Source of the DNA: Azolla caroliniana
Taxonomy: Eukaryota > Plantae > Polypodiophyta
Direction of reading: 5' to 3'
Assembly: GCA_043228905.1 (NCBI GenBank)
Contig: JBHGNT010000080.1
Coordinates: 1-64,000, forward strand
Length of the DNA: 64,000 nt
The translations under genes were made by a program, and so were the position numbers. Of this stretch, positions 48,945 to 62,440 are shown piece after piece. Each line of letters starts with the position of its first letter. Within the stretch, counting starts at the first letter, position 1. The notes under the pieces were generated by a model. The model did no database searches. It saw nothing but the letters and a program-made list of their open reading frames with translations, and had not been told where the DNA came from.

Positions 48945-49064
48945 CAATTCCAGATGAACCATTGGAGACTCTCGAACAAAGCATTCTGGATATTTTGGAC
49001 GAAGAATAGCAAGGGTCGGATGGTGGATTCGACGTACAAGGTACTGTCCCACGGGCGTGCCATG

Positions 49065-49498
49065 TGTTACCGGCTGGCAAAGGAGTCCAGAGTGTGAAAC
49101 GAAGGAGTTATTTAATTATTAGGAATGGTTGTAAGTAAGCTATTAGTGTGGGCGGACGGATCGGAATCGGTATGCCGTTCCGTATCCGCACCGATCCCGA
49201 ACAGGTGCGGATGGCACTGTTTTGTACTACAAACCGGAAACCTATTTAAAGGCCCGGATACAATGTAATGGGCAGCGGATAATTAATGAAGCTTAGTGTT
49301 TTTATCTCTCTGTGTTAATTGCCGTTCTGCATTCATTGTTATATCTTACACATGTGATTATTAAGGACGATCTTACTAAGTAACCTAATTAAGTCGGATT
49401 AATCGTTGAGCCTAGTCCTCTTGCCGTAATACCCCTTTGGTGAAGTGTCTTCCGTAGACACCCTGTGTTAGGCCATTGTCCGGCCCTAAGAGTTAACA
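49065..49498 (+). repeat. Element A 3' LTR
   Basis: Copy of 19163-19596, followed by TSD GTCGG. Confidence 0.95.
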
Positions 49499-51698
49499 GT
49501 CGGGGTCTCGGTGGTATACTCAACTCACCTTCATCGGAAGCTCTAAACCTCATTTGTTCTTATTTCTTAAATTTGGCCATTAACATGTGTTGGCATAAAA
49601 GACCAACTTCACCCTATTTGTATCCTTGGTGTGAACATGCTACCCAGTTAGGGCTTGAGCATATATAAGCCCAACTAAGAGGTTATAGAAAGGAGAGAAG
49701 GAGTTTTCAGAGAGAATAATACAATCTTCCATTAGAGCTTAACAACGTGCTTCTTGTTTCTCGCTTCACGCCTACCGTGTATAATTTGTTTCTCTAGTTT
49801 ATCTATGTTGTTTGCATGACACTAACTACAAGTCCTCAACATTCTTTTGTTGCACATCTCATATTTCCCACAACCTTGTAAAAGTCATCAACTTTTGGTG
49901 AAACCGTTTTGTTGTAAGAAAGAAACAATTCTCTATAAAAACCTTTATTTCGAGCCATTACCATGTCATAGCATTAGTCAAGTGCCTTAGTGGTAGTTGT
50001 GCATGATGCTAATAATGTATTAATTGCCCTTCGTCGTTGTATGTGAGTGTGAGGAGGGCTAAGAGGTTGATGGAGGATGAGCCTTGCCATTCTTCGTTCT
50101 CCTCAAGAGTGTTCGTCTTGTTTATTCACCTCCTTTGCTTGCTTTTTCCGTTTGCATCCTTTGTTTGTGTCCTTCGTTCATGACATCTATGTTTGTGTCT
50201 TATGTTTGTTCGCATCTTTCCCTACGTTTGTCTCTCAAGCGTTCTCTCCACCTCGACCTTTGTGCACTAATAATATATATAAAGGGGATTCACATAAGGA
50301 TATCTAAAAAGTGGTAAGAAGAATCTTCTCTCACACCATCACGTCCTCCATGGTCCAGAACAACAATGGTTTCGCTTCAGTAGCACACGCATTTACTCAA
50401 CAATGTGAGTCTTTATTGTATTCTAGAATGTGGTTATCCATTCGGAAAGTGCTACCTCAATGTTGTGCATTATGAATTCAGTTTGGTCACCCTTTGTTAG
50501 TTGTGATGTCCACAACTCAATTTCTTCCTTGATGGCCTTGAGTTCTTATATAAGCTCTTGATAATGTCGGTTAAGATTATGTTGATCCATTAGGATGCTC
50601 ACTTGCTTAGGTGTGACTTTGAGAGGTGTGTAGATTGGGGGATTTGGGGCTAGCATTGACTAATTAAATTGAACTAACTAACAAATAGAAAATCCCTCAC
50701 CTTCTTGGTAACTTCTGGCATTAGGGAAACTTACCCCGTGAGCTTACACAAAGCTCATTTGTAGTTGCGATCATCGGTCTATCCCTGGCAGTGACATCAA
50801 ATAGATGTGTAACTTCTGTGTATGTCCACCTAAACAATTCTATAGATTGATGGAGTTATGCCTCTTGTCAATATCGTTGTGCCTAGGGGTTTTACCGACA
50901 TATGCCCTATTGGCGGCAAACCAGGCAAGGGTGATTGTTGAATCCCCTTGAACTACGAGTTTACTTAACCTCAATGATTAATGCTTATACGTACTCTCTT
51001 TTCCTCTCATTTTACTCTCTATTGCACATGGTAATAGATGTAAAGACAAACAAGGCACACAAAGGAATACCCAATTTCTTATTACCAAAGAGGTTTAGGA
51101 CCATACAAGAGGGGAGATATAAGGTTTGGCTCGACTAGCTCTTAACCCTAGTCACATTTAGCTCTAATAGAAGATTAGGGAGGTACAATGAAATCTATAA
51201 TACACTAAAGGAAAAGAGAAATACTTAAGATTGGGGTAGATCTACGAAAGTCACCAAAATGTGGATTTTATAGCTTTTTACAAGGTTAATGGGTTCCTTT
51301 CATTCTAGGTTGCCCATTGGCTACAATGCTTCCTATTTGGGTTACTCTATCCCCATTTTCCTATGGTTTGTTTAGCTCAATGCATCCTATTGGTGCCTTG
51401 GTCTCCACAACTGGTGTCTTGGGTCCCAAATACTTAACAATCATGTCAAAAAATTTGGGGTCTTAGTCTCCAGTTTGAACGTACTCCTCATCCAACCTTC
51501 TTCTCCTCCAACAATTGGATAGGGAATAAAATAATAATATGAATTTGTAGGCCTAATCCACCACATAGATAGTAATTATGTAAGGCAAGATTCAAACCTT
51601 GCACCTATAGAGTTAAAATCATTATATTTGCCAATAAGGCAATTACTATTAAATATTAAATAAAATTATAAAAACACTAAGACAAAAACCCTCTAGGC

Positions 51699-53440
51699 GG
51701 GTCTTATTTATCCCCTCTCACAATCAAAAGCCCTACTCTCCAAATTTGTGGTGTGAGGACTCCAACCAGGGAATGTCTGTTAGAAAATGTTATTGTGGTT
51801 ACGCCTCACTTACTTTAGGCCACGAAAAGGGACCAACTGCCCCCCCCCCCCCCCCCAAACTAGATGGATTCTAAACATGGATCTCAAAAATAGTTTCTCC
51901 CGCCAACTAGAGGATATATTTAGTGCATCCATGTGGAAGGCGTGGTGTGACATTAGACGAGGACTCAAGTGTGATCAACCCAATTCCGAACCTGCCTGGC
52001 TTAGTCAACGTATCCTTTGGAACCCATGTATTAGGGATGAATCTAATCAACCAGTTGGATCAAATAAGGGGTTGTCATGGGGATACATTTTGGAAGATCC
52101 AGGAAAAAGTATAAAATGTTGGAGACGGTTTATGTCATTGCCAATACAAGACCAGGCCAACATCCTCCATGGAATCAGGGGCAGATGGGCTATGAGATCT
52201 GAAATCATTAATGCTCTACTGATTAGGGAAGCTACTCATCAAAGGACGACAACGGAGAAATGGATAGGCTACAAGGAGGAGGGCTCTTTGCTCCCAAGAG
52301 GTAGGGACATACCGGACAAGATCGAAGGCTCTGAACTGCAAGACAACAAGGCATCAACACAGCGTAGTGTAATTCAAGTACTAGCATTTACTGGGCATAA
52401 ATGGATTGTAGATCCTGATCCAATCAAAGTACAACTAGATTGGCACATATGTATTCATGAAAACACATGGCTACGTAAGGTCAGTTGGGACCCTTTGCAA
52501 TGGACATGTTGTGCTCCTTACGCGGGGCAAGGAAGCAAACCTATCCCTTTCTTTCAATTCACAACTAGATTGGGTCGCCATATTATAGCCGCTTAATCTG
52601 CCCGAGATCCGACTGTTGCAAAGGTCTGGAAAACATATCATGTTCCTACCACAATTATCACCAAGTTTTGGCAGAAACTCTGGAAACAACAACACGTGAG
52701 GCAGAAACTCTAGAAACAACAACACGTGAGGCGAATCACCACTTTCCAATGGCTATTAATACATAAGTCACTACCGGTTGGTGCATGGCAGCGTGGGAAC
52801 GTCAACTCTCCTAATTGTGTAGCGTGTCCAACTGTAGTAGAATCAATACGACACACTCTATGGGACTGCCCAAAGTCCCATCGAATATGGCGGGGGTTGG
52901 CCGCTTATTGCAATTATGCCAGGTGCAAGGCTCAATCAAGTGGGGGAATGTATGTTGGCTATCATGGCAGGCCCTAGTTGACAGATATGAGCATCAAGAA
53001 GAAGGGATGCCTTTGGTTATAAAAGCACAATAAGTTTTTTTCTCCACCATCGACAATGTCCACTCAACTCCTATCAATGCCAAATCTCAAGTTGTGCTGG
53101 AATTGGTTAGCCCAATAACTCTTTGGATTCTATGGAAACAACGGTGTAGACGAGTCTTCTCCAACCAAACCGTGCAACCAATAGTGTTAATGCAAGAGAT
53201 ATGGAGTGAAGTGGTAGCCACTCTAAAGAGCCAATATGATGGCCTCAAGGGTGACTTTGATGGAGTTGAAAGACAACGATTAGCCTTCATCCAACAATGG
53301 TCCCCCTCCCCCTTTTATTGAGTCGGTGGGCATCCACATAAGATGGACCTATTGTGTCCCTACAGGGATTTGTATATACTAATCTCATTTGTAAAATTTT
53401 ATAACTAATGGAAGGAGATTTTTTTTTGAAAAAAAAAAAA
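51699..53440 (+). mobile_element. 5'-truncated L1 LINE with poly(A) tail and TSD
   Basis: ORF2 C-terminus GLIYPLSQSKALLSK, zf-RVT CVAC..ESIRHTLWDC, LWILWKQRCRRVF. Poly(A) ~53429-53445; TSD AAAAACCC(C)TCTAGGC at 51684-51698 and 53441-53456. Confidence 0.88.
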
Positions 53441-55659
53441 AAAAACCCCTCTAGGCACTAAACCAAATATCCACAGGTGGCTTGAACCCCCCAACACAAC
53501 AATCCGAGTCTCCAACCCATCCTCCATGGTTCAAGTTCCTGGCGGTCCCACCCACATGTGTAACTTCACAATAATGCCTTGATGTTAGTCGTACAGACTA
53601 GAAAATCACATGTGGAAATAAATAGTTTTAGGAGTCTTGTGTGTTGTGTATGTGTGTGCATAATTAAATCTAGAAAAGAATGTCCTCATACAAGCGTGGA
53701 AAACAATCATAACCCAAAATAAAAGCCCCCAAACATGTGAACAGTGGTTGTGTGAATAGTAGGTCTCGTACTTTTATGTAGATATATATATATGTGGATA
53801 TATAGATACATATACATATATATGTATATATTCAACCTAGAAAAGGCACTAGCATGAGTTACAAATATGTATATACAAATACATATATGCATGTGTGTGT
53901 GTCAATCGTATTCGATTGGAATAAAAGCACACCCACATATCTATATGAGTAGATGTGTATATATAAATATTTCATAATTGATCAGAACAAAACGCACATG
54001 CCATATAGCTATAAAGTATCATGATTCATGAGCTAGGTATAGATTCATCTCGAAAAAGCGAACCCCCCTAAAAAAAGACTCCATATACGTAGGTATATAT
54101 AGAGAAGGCCATATATAGAGAAAAAACACTCCATATGTGAATTGTGGGTGCCAATATTCATCCAAAAAAGAAACACCTATATATGTATGTATATAGAGAA
54201 AGGAATGACTACAGAAAAGATGTTAAAAAGGGGGTGTGCGTGAACTACCCTAGAGCACACGTGCCCCTTAAAGAAACTAGGGAATACACCCAATGATATG
54301 TTTACCAAAATTTAAACCCTATGCTAGGGTAATGTAGTGTGGCCAACAACCATGGTAGTGACACCCTATAAAAGTGTTTCCATGGTCGCGTAGGGAAGGG
54401 TGCCATCTGTTTGCTTGGCAACAATGCCACCCGTTTGCTCCACTTGTGTAGTTAAATCTCTTTTGAATTTTTGTTAAGTTGTGTTCAAATCTTCATATTG
54501 TTGAGCCCTAACTCGACATCCATTAGTGTTTATGTTGGATATGGGTAACCACCAAAGAATATTATGTGTTGATGACAATGTTTTTAACCAACCTCGTTTG
54601 AAGAGATCATTACACCTTCTTCTTCATGATTTTAATCATAACCATGCCTCCTTGAGAAAACACCCAATAGCATGAACTTTAATAAATCAACATGAAAAAT
54701 TAAAACAGGGCTTTGCTACACACTAGCAAGTAAAATATACTTTCTAGAGCCAAACCTCCAACTTCCAAGTGAATAAATATTAAGTATTACCACCAGCATT
54801 AAAACATCTAGAAGTATGGAATTGTAACTATATATGCAAACTATAATATAAGGTAAGATAAATTATTCTTCGATATGGATGAAAATAACATTGATTTGTT
54901 GTGGATGTTTTAGACAATTTTTGTATAATATTAATTTTGAACCAACTAGGTCATGTCATCTAACCATCAAGCAAAAGCACATAGAATAAACAAGAGGAAA
55001 CATAACTTCACTTACATTACCGACAAACTAATAAGAGAAGAGAGAATGAGTTGAAAGTAACAAGACAATAGAAGTCTTCATATGGTGTAATTGTTTATGT
55101 GACTTGAATATACAATAGATATACAATTATTCTTGATTAATTGGATAAAATAATCGGTGCACATTATGATGATATGCTTTGGGTATTAGTTTATGAAGTT
55201 ATGTACGCATAGAAATTAATTGTAGAATTGATTTTTTGACACGACAAGGTTTCGTCATCTATCATACCAAAAGCACTAAGAATAAACAAAGGTTCACGTG
55301 GTTGAAAATGTTGTATATTTTTGCCATACGGATTAGTAATACTAAGAAATTAATTAAAGATTGAAGTCATTACCTTGATGATGGAAGAGGAGGCAAAAAA
55401 TAAGGAAAGCTTCAATCAAATGACAAGAATATTGATATACGAGGGAGGAATTCATGACCAAATCAACCAATTTAGGAATCAAGATGAAATTTTAAAAATA
55501 GAATTTACAAAAGGATTAGAATTAGAATTAGAATTTTTTATCGTCCATAAAGAGGCCAAATTTGACCTATGGGACCAAAGTATACATGTGTTCTTGAAAT
55601 GTGTCTCCTTCCTAAGAAGCACAAAGTCTCTATGTGTGAATAAAGCATACACATATGAG

Positions 55660-56910
55660 CTCAACCTTCTCGGTGGTGTCTTAAGTATGACACTTAGTTA
55701 TCACTCCCTCTTAGTATGTCAGCATATCTTGAACAAATTGCACTATATGTCGAGCATGTGAAGAGCAAGTGACATTCATCCTCTACCATGCCTTCGTTGC
55801 ATACTTTGTATGTCTTCAAATTAGTTAAATTTTGATACCATGATGCAACTTCAATACCTAACTTGTGAGATTGAGTGCGAAGTAGTGTAAGGGCTCTACG
55901 AGCATTACTACTCGTATTGGTAATGAGATAAGGTTGGATACGATCAATAGGCATTCTTGCTTTATATTGAGACCAACATTGAGGGAGCATCTTCCCACAT
56001 CATCCTTAATGATTCCATCAACCTTTCCTCAATCATTACATACTGCATAACATTGCCCGAAAGCTCTAAAAGATCATCCAAACCCATCTTCTAAACCATT
56101 TCCTTATGTCAACAACCCAACCTAATGAGAGAATCTTACTTTTATGATTCTTTTGTAGCTTACATCCAACATTCCAAGCAAGATGTGGTAATTGATGATT
56201 CGACATATTCTTGACTTTTGTAATGAATTTATATACTTTTTGGAGTGCCAATAGTTCTATGAGTCGAACACTTGTTTCCAAGAGCATAACTTGGCAAGAG
56301 GTAGTGCATTTAACTTCTATTTGCCTCCTTAAAAACATCTTTTGAATTTTCTCAATCTCATTCTATGCACTGAGAGAGATTGTGCCACTCCATACTTCTA
56401 TTCCATAAAGCAATACTTGAGTTACCATGACATTGAACAACATTAGTTTTACTTCCCATCCACAAGTATCACTCTGGTTGCATTGGTTCTCCAAAAGGTA
56501 ATACGATTTCCAACCGGTTCAGAGCCTAGAACCAAAGCATGCACTCCATTTATTTGTGGCAGGTACATCAATACCAAGATATTTAAAGCTTTGAACAAAT
56601 TGTATATGTTCATCGCTATATGTGAGATAGGGTAATGATGAGGTTGGATGGTTTGCACTACCATCATTTTTGTTTTCTCCACATTGACTGCTAGTCCACT
56701 ACTATGGCAAAATTCTTTGAATACCCCAAGTAAATTTTGCATATTATCAACATCATATGAGAAGAGTACCACATCATCAACATATAGAAGCAATAAGATA
56801 ACATGTTGCATCAATTTGGGAGCATTCAATCCTTCTTCCCTTGCAATCTATTTACCACTTCTTCTAATTTATCAATACATAAGCCAAAAAGTGTGGGTGG
56901 AAAGACATCA
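55660..56910 (-). mobile_element. Degraded RTE/RTEX-like LINE RT fragment
   Basis: LLYVDDVVLFS..GLAVNVEKTKMMV, FKYLG, LRTQSHKLGIE..VEDECHLLFTC. Confidence 0.8.
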
Positions 56911-57599
56911 AAACGTCGATAAAAGGTAGAAGTTGTAACTTGTGACTTACCAATAAATTCCCTTGGAAGTGAGAAGAAACCAAATCAATCAAATGAAAAA
57001 GTATAAGTGGGGGAATATTAAAATCATTCATTTTCTAGTAAAAAACCAATCAAGAAAGAAAGAAAATAGAGTTTCATTACTTTTACTAAACAAGGCAAAA
57101 GGAAAATAAAGGTTCCTTGGTTTTCGCTAGAGAAATTAACTACACAATGAGAAGAAGGAATTATTTTAGAACATTGCCACCAATTGCATAAAGTACATTA
57201 ACATAACATCAATGCAAGCATCTTGTTAAAAATAGCGAAATCATAGATGTGAATCAAACATCTCATTAAAAATCATGGATTATAACACAAATAAGAGTTT
57301 ATGTACATTTTCCAAATAGCATGTGTCTTGGCATGCATGGAATTCATTTTGGTTATGAATGTAATGCAAAATAAGAGGAAACCTGTGTATGCTTTTTGGA
57401 TGTAAGCCACTTATTCGAGGATAAGTTATTACCACTAGACATTGGGTGATTTCTTGTCGAAGCTACAAATTTGGTTGCTATTATCTATATGCTATCATAC
57501 TAGGGCTAAGTGGTGACCTAGATGAGATTCTTGAAATTAACAATAAAGTTGGATGCGTTCATATGGAGGGTACAATATAACAAAGAATATTCTATTGAA

Positions 57600-59100
57600 A
57601 GATAATATTTTAATGATCAACACTCCCCCTTGAGAGAGAATACTTGAAATTTACATTACCTCAACATCATGCAACAACATGCCTCGAGTCTTTGTCAATT
57701 TAACTACCCAAAGTTGAAGATTGTGTAGATCACATTTGTACCATCAATCATTACACGAACATTCATTCTTCAAAATGGAAGTCGTGACTCGTACATCATT
57801 GGGAAAAAGGGGCCACTAGTATATTAGTGGGGGTGCCATATATAATATCCTCCTTAATCTCCTTTAAAGACTCAACACTGAGTTTGTTATGATGAGTTGA
57901 CTTATATGCTTCTCGAGTATCTCAACGATAATGCTTGCTCAAGTCTCCAATGTAAAACATTACGAGATCTCTAATATTGAATCTTGATTAAATTGTGGTA
58001 TATTTTTGGCAATGGCCTTCCAAATGTGTGCTAACATGCCTACATTGAAATGTATAGGATAGGTGTGTTGAAAAGACATAAATGCAGAAACCAATAACGC
58101 ATCTGCTCCTATGCCAGAGACATTGTTTTGTTATCAAATGAGGCAACCCATCTAATTATTGTTAAATGTTTGTCACTTTAACATGCAACGCATTCAATTT
58201 GACCAATTAAGGCTCATCGTGACTATTTTTTCACACAATACAATGAATATACCATTTCTTTTCGTGTTGAAAGCAATTTCCACTCGTCTTTTATTTTGGT
58301 TATCCATCCTTTCAACAACATGCCTAGCAATTATGTGTTCAGTTCTTCGGTTTCATCAATTCCATACTTTGTCCACTAGCATGTCATGATTTCCTCATGG
58401 TTAGAATGATGATCTTACTCTTGTTTGTCTTTGCATCGAATCCCCATAAATGAGTGCAAAGCTATTATTGGCAAATTTAGCATTGTCTTATCTAAATCAC
58501 CTTAACTTGCCAGCTTATGAAATGTAACAAACACATGGTGTGTCTATATTTTGTTTCCTTTATAAGAAAATTTGCAAGTTCCTACTATAAAAAGTAGTAT
58601 CATTCTCCATTTCAAGGGAAGCTATTGTTGTGTACTATCCGGTATGAATTCTCATCTTATAACCAACCCATAATGAAATTGGCAATACATTTGCTATTTG
58701 AATGCCAAAAACTCTCCATATGTCTATCGATGACACATAATGGTTGATCATGAACGATAATGCAAAGTATTTTTTGTGTTAAACCTAGGGGCGCCATGTT
58801 GTGGTGGTTCCACGAGGAGCAAGTTGTGATAATGCACAATATCACATAGGGGCAATGGATAATATCAAGGATGGTTAATTATATTACACCAAATGTGGTA
58901 CATGTGTGTGATTTTTGCAATGTCAATGTTTTGATGCACCTGAAAATATAGATTTTGTTTGCCCAACTTTCTCAAGGGTGTTGCATATCCTCCTCCATAT
59001 GACGGTGAGAACCAAGGGTGTGCATTTCCTTGCAATAAATAAGTAGAGGACAATCCTTCTTAGTCAAGATAAAAAGTTAATGGATATTTTGCCGGAACAA
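57600..59100 (-). mobile_element. Heavily degraded Copia-like remnant
   Basis: Minus-strand AAGGGGGAG-TGTTG (PPT plus LTR start) at ~57617-57631; only weak RT-like remnants. Confidence 0.35.
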
Positions 59101-59715
59101 GTATGTGTATCTGTGACATAATCCAACACGATAGCCAACATATGACCTTACCCTAAGATGAGTGGACTGAAAGGGTGGATGTTAACTCGTGGACGAACTA
59201 ATTTTTTTGGGTACATGGAGATGCATAGGATGGATGACCTCCTGTTAACTACTGACTGATGCATAAACGATGGCATAGTTGGGATGCGAAGTCTATATTC
59301 TTCTTTCATGATGAATTCATATTGTTTGATGCCAAATTTGCATACCAAATGTCCTTGTGACTATTGTTGAAACGAGGAAGATATTCCATAAACCACGAAA
59401 TGGTCTACGTATATGTGGAGCTAGGAGTTGATCGATGACGATATCGTAACGTGGCGGTACGTAAATGTTCGTGTCGGATCGGTTCATATCAATGTGCATT
59501 GAGGAGGGAGTTGGCGCAAAAAAGGTTGTAGGGTGTGTGTCCATTTAGGACGATGGGTGTATGTTTTAGCTGTTCATTTTGGGTGGAGGTGTGATCCTCG
59601 AACTTGTTGGATTTGTTGTTGTTCTTGTTAGTTGGCAATTTATGGCAGATTAGGAAACATGCATGTACATACATATCCGTATGTATGTATGTAGATGGAT
59701 AGATAGATATCTATT

Positions 59716-59716
<1 letters not shown>

Positions 59717-59750
<34 letters not shown>

Positions 59751-59900
59751 ACGATGATGACGGAATGAAAAGCATGATCGGCATAATGAAAACCGAAAAG
59801 CAGATCACATGGATACCATGAGACAGAGACAGAGACAGAGAGAGCAAAAAAGGGCAAAAAACAAAAAGAAAGCAAAAGGTGAGGGACCCGAGGGGGAGGG

Positions 59901-59951
<51 letters not shown>

Positions 59952-60197
59952 CTCTCTCTCTCTCTCTCTCTCTAGGCTGTGCTAGCAGTAGCAGTCTTGT
60001 CTCTGTCTATTTAAATCCTCGTCTCTCGCTCTCTTTCTTCTGTCTGTCTGTCTGTCTCTGGAGAGAGAGAGAGAGGCCTTTCTCTCTTTCTTTCTTCTAA
60101 ATTCTCCAACCAAAATTGCTTTGCTTACTTGGGTCAACAGAATCTCTGGCCTGCTCACCCGATCCTCACCTTTACTTACTCTACTACTTACTACCCA

Positions 60198-60228
<31 letters not shown>

Positions 60229-60229
60229 C
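59717..60229. repeat. Microsatellite cluster at the AHP promoter/5' UTR: (GA)n, (CA)n(CT)n, (TACA)n
   Basis: ~59717-59748, ~59902-59973 and ~60199-60229. Confidence 0.9.
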
Positions 60230-60395
60230 AAGCACTACCCAGAAGGAACACTCAAACACAGACAGTGTGTGTGAGAGAGACAGAGACAGAGGCTATGGTG
60301 TATCTTCTTCAAGCTCTCCGGTTCCTCTTTTCTTTTATTTTATTGAGCTTTTCCGCCTGTCATACTTTTTCCTCTGTTGGGTGGATTCAGCAACG

Positions 60396-62003
60396 ATGGA
60401 AGTGACCAAATTACAACAGAAATTCGCGGATTTCACGAATGACATGTTTCAAGAGGTGGGCTTTCTTTCCTCTCTATTTTGTACCTCTCTCTCTGCCTTC
60501 TCGTATCTGTTGAAACTCCGTGTTCTTATCTTCTGAATTTCGAGAGCGTGAGAGAGATTCATACATCTAATATAAAACCATGTCCTTGAAATAAAACAAA
60601 GCAAAGAGAAAAAAACAAAAAAAACAAAATAGAAATGAGAATTTTCACTAGACTCCATTCCCTTTACATGGCTCCTCTTCTCTGGATCTCTCCTGTTGAT
60701 TGATGCATGAAGTCCGACATGACATTTTTGAAAAGCATTGTAAAACGTCTCTATTTCCCCTATACATAAATTCTCTTTTTCTTCATCCTTAGTGGCGAAT
60801 ACATACAGCCCTATACTTGATAACTTTTCTATTTCCAATCTTAATCATTATTTGTCGCATCAAATTCCTCAAGCCATTGATAAAGACGCACACACACACA
60901 CACACCCATATCCTGGTATTTTGAGCTTCTCTCATTTTCTTGTGGAAATGGGTTACTTAAAACTCAGACGTAACTCCTCAAAACACTACCTCTATATTGG
61001 GTATCTCAATAATTCAGAAGAAGTCATGGACTGCAAAGATGCATCATCAACATATCAAGTTCTCTAAAGTAGATATCCCAATCTTTCACAAGAAATGGGA
61101 ACCCTGAAAGGTGTCATGAACCAGGTCAAGTATTTGATTTTGTAGAAGACCAATGTATAAAAATGAGCAAAAAGAGAACCCTCTTTGTGAAACTTTTCTT
61201 TTAACCCCTATCGCTCCATGATACATCTCTAAGTGCATTTGGTTTATCCCAATTACAAGGGTTGATTTGGACATAGAGTTCCTGCTAGTAACACTGAATT
61301 TAGTTCAAATTCCTCCTGACTACTAGTTAGTGGTTGGTTAGTAAGTAGACTGGCCTGGCAATCTTGTCCATGGCATGGTTGAAACTTGGTTTAGTCTATC
61401 ATAAGACCCCAAGGCACTCAAGTGTATCGACATGACACATCTTTGTCCTTAGAAGTCCGCATATGAAGTAAGTAGGTCATCACAAAAGATCTTAACCTCC
61501 TCTTGCATGTAACTTCCTCTTCCACTGTGTGATGAGAGATTAGCTGTGAAGCATACCATCAAGTATAAAACAGTGTTCACATATGTCAGTATCATTTGCG
61601 GTCCACTTGTTATGGTTATTTCATTGCATGTGTTGCTGGTCCTCCACCACATGGTAATATTAAAGAAGAGAATAATCACAGATGAAACAGAAATGACAGG
61701 GTTATACCTTCTCAATGCAGGGATTTCTAGATGACCAGTTTACTCAGCTTCAAATGCTTCAAGATGAAAGCAATCCAGATTTTGTTGCTGAAGTCATCAA
61801 TCTGTTTGCTGAAGATTCGGAAAGGCTCCTCTCAGAGCTTACAAAAGCACTGTACGTTTTTATTAACTTTGTGTGAGATGGCTCTATTTGTCACACGTTC
61901 TGTACTTAGCTTCTAATCCTAGCACTTGTTGCAGTGAGCAAGAACCGATCAATTTCAAGAAGGTAGACGCATATGTGCATCAGTTCAAAGGAAGCAGTTC
62001 TAG
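60396..62003 (+). CDS. AHP: Histidine-containing phosphotransfer protein (AHP/HPt), exons 1-3, 3'-partial
   Basis: Exons 60396-60455, 61721-61851 and 61935-62003 encode [45 protein letters not shown]..-..[13 protein letters not shown] with the phospho-accepting His. Exon 4 is not in the window. Confidence 0.93.
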
Positions 62004-62440
62004 GTTTGTACTTGTCTAACATATATTCAACAGAGGCAGATGCTGTCTACACACCACCTTTAGACCTCCTTTTTGTATGTTACCCAAGCATGCCCCTTAG
62101 ATTTCCTCACTATAGCTCTACCTATAGTCAATAGAGATCAGTTTGTTCCCACAATTGCTATGATTATCTAGTGAAAAAAAGTTACTAAAAATAAAGATAC
62201 TTCTGTTTGATCTCTTAAGTTACTCTAGGTTGTAGAGGTATTGCAGATAAATGAGTGTCACATGCTACATGAGCACAAAATGATTTGAGATGAAAGAGAA
62301 AACTATTGATATAGAACAGGGAAGGCAATGTTGGTTTTTGTGAAGGTAGAGCCGTTCCATGTATCAAAAAGTATATAGCATAGAAGCTTAAGAATGCCAC
62401 AACTACTACACTGAGATAAAGTACGTTTTTATTATTATCA

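Larger units (their letters stand above)
36869..49009 (+). pseudogene. Element A extra 3' ORF (~930 codons; 36869-37937 plus 47273-49009), coiled-coil and poly-Q, split by D/E
   Basis: ITDEAIRALTGLPEGG, GIKVDW, a Pro/Glu-rich linker, a long coiled coil and poly-Q. The frame reads QEEA-QGEPG across the GCGC duplication; several stops and one frameshift at ~47640. Confidence 0.75.
19163..49498 (+). mobile_element. Element A: non-chromovirus Ty3/Gypsy LTR retrotransposon (~9.95 kb without nested inserts) with an extra 3' ORF
   Basis: 434-bp TG..CA LTRs at 19163-19596 and 49065-49498, perfect TSD GTCGG, gag-PR-RT-RH-INT order, PBS TGGCGACCAC. Interrupted by B and by D/E. Confidence 0.95.

Noticed and set aside
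36869-49009. Calling element A an env-bearing retrovirus
   Set aside because: No signal peptide or transmembrane helix is visible in ORF3.
49499-51540. Possible older LTR element remnants flanking A
   Set aside because: No paired termini, TSD or coding motifs could be defined by eye.
51699-51840. 5' inversion (twin priming) of the L1 copy
   Set aside because: The segment translates as sense L1 ORF2 (GLIYPLSQSKALLSKFVV).
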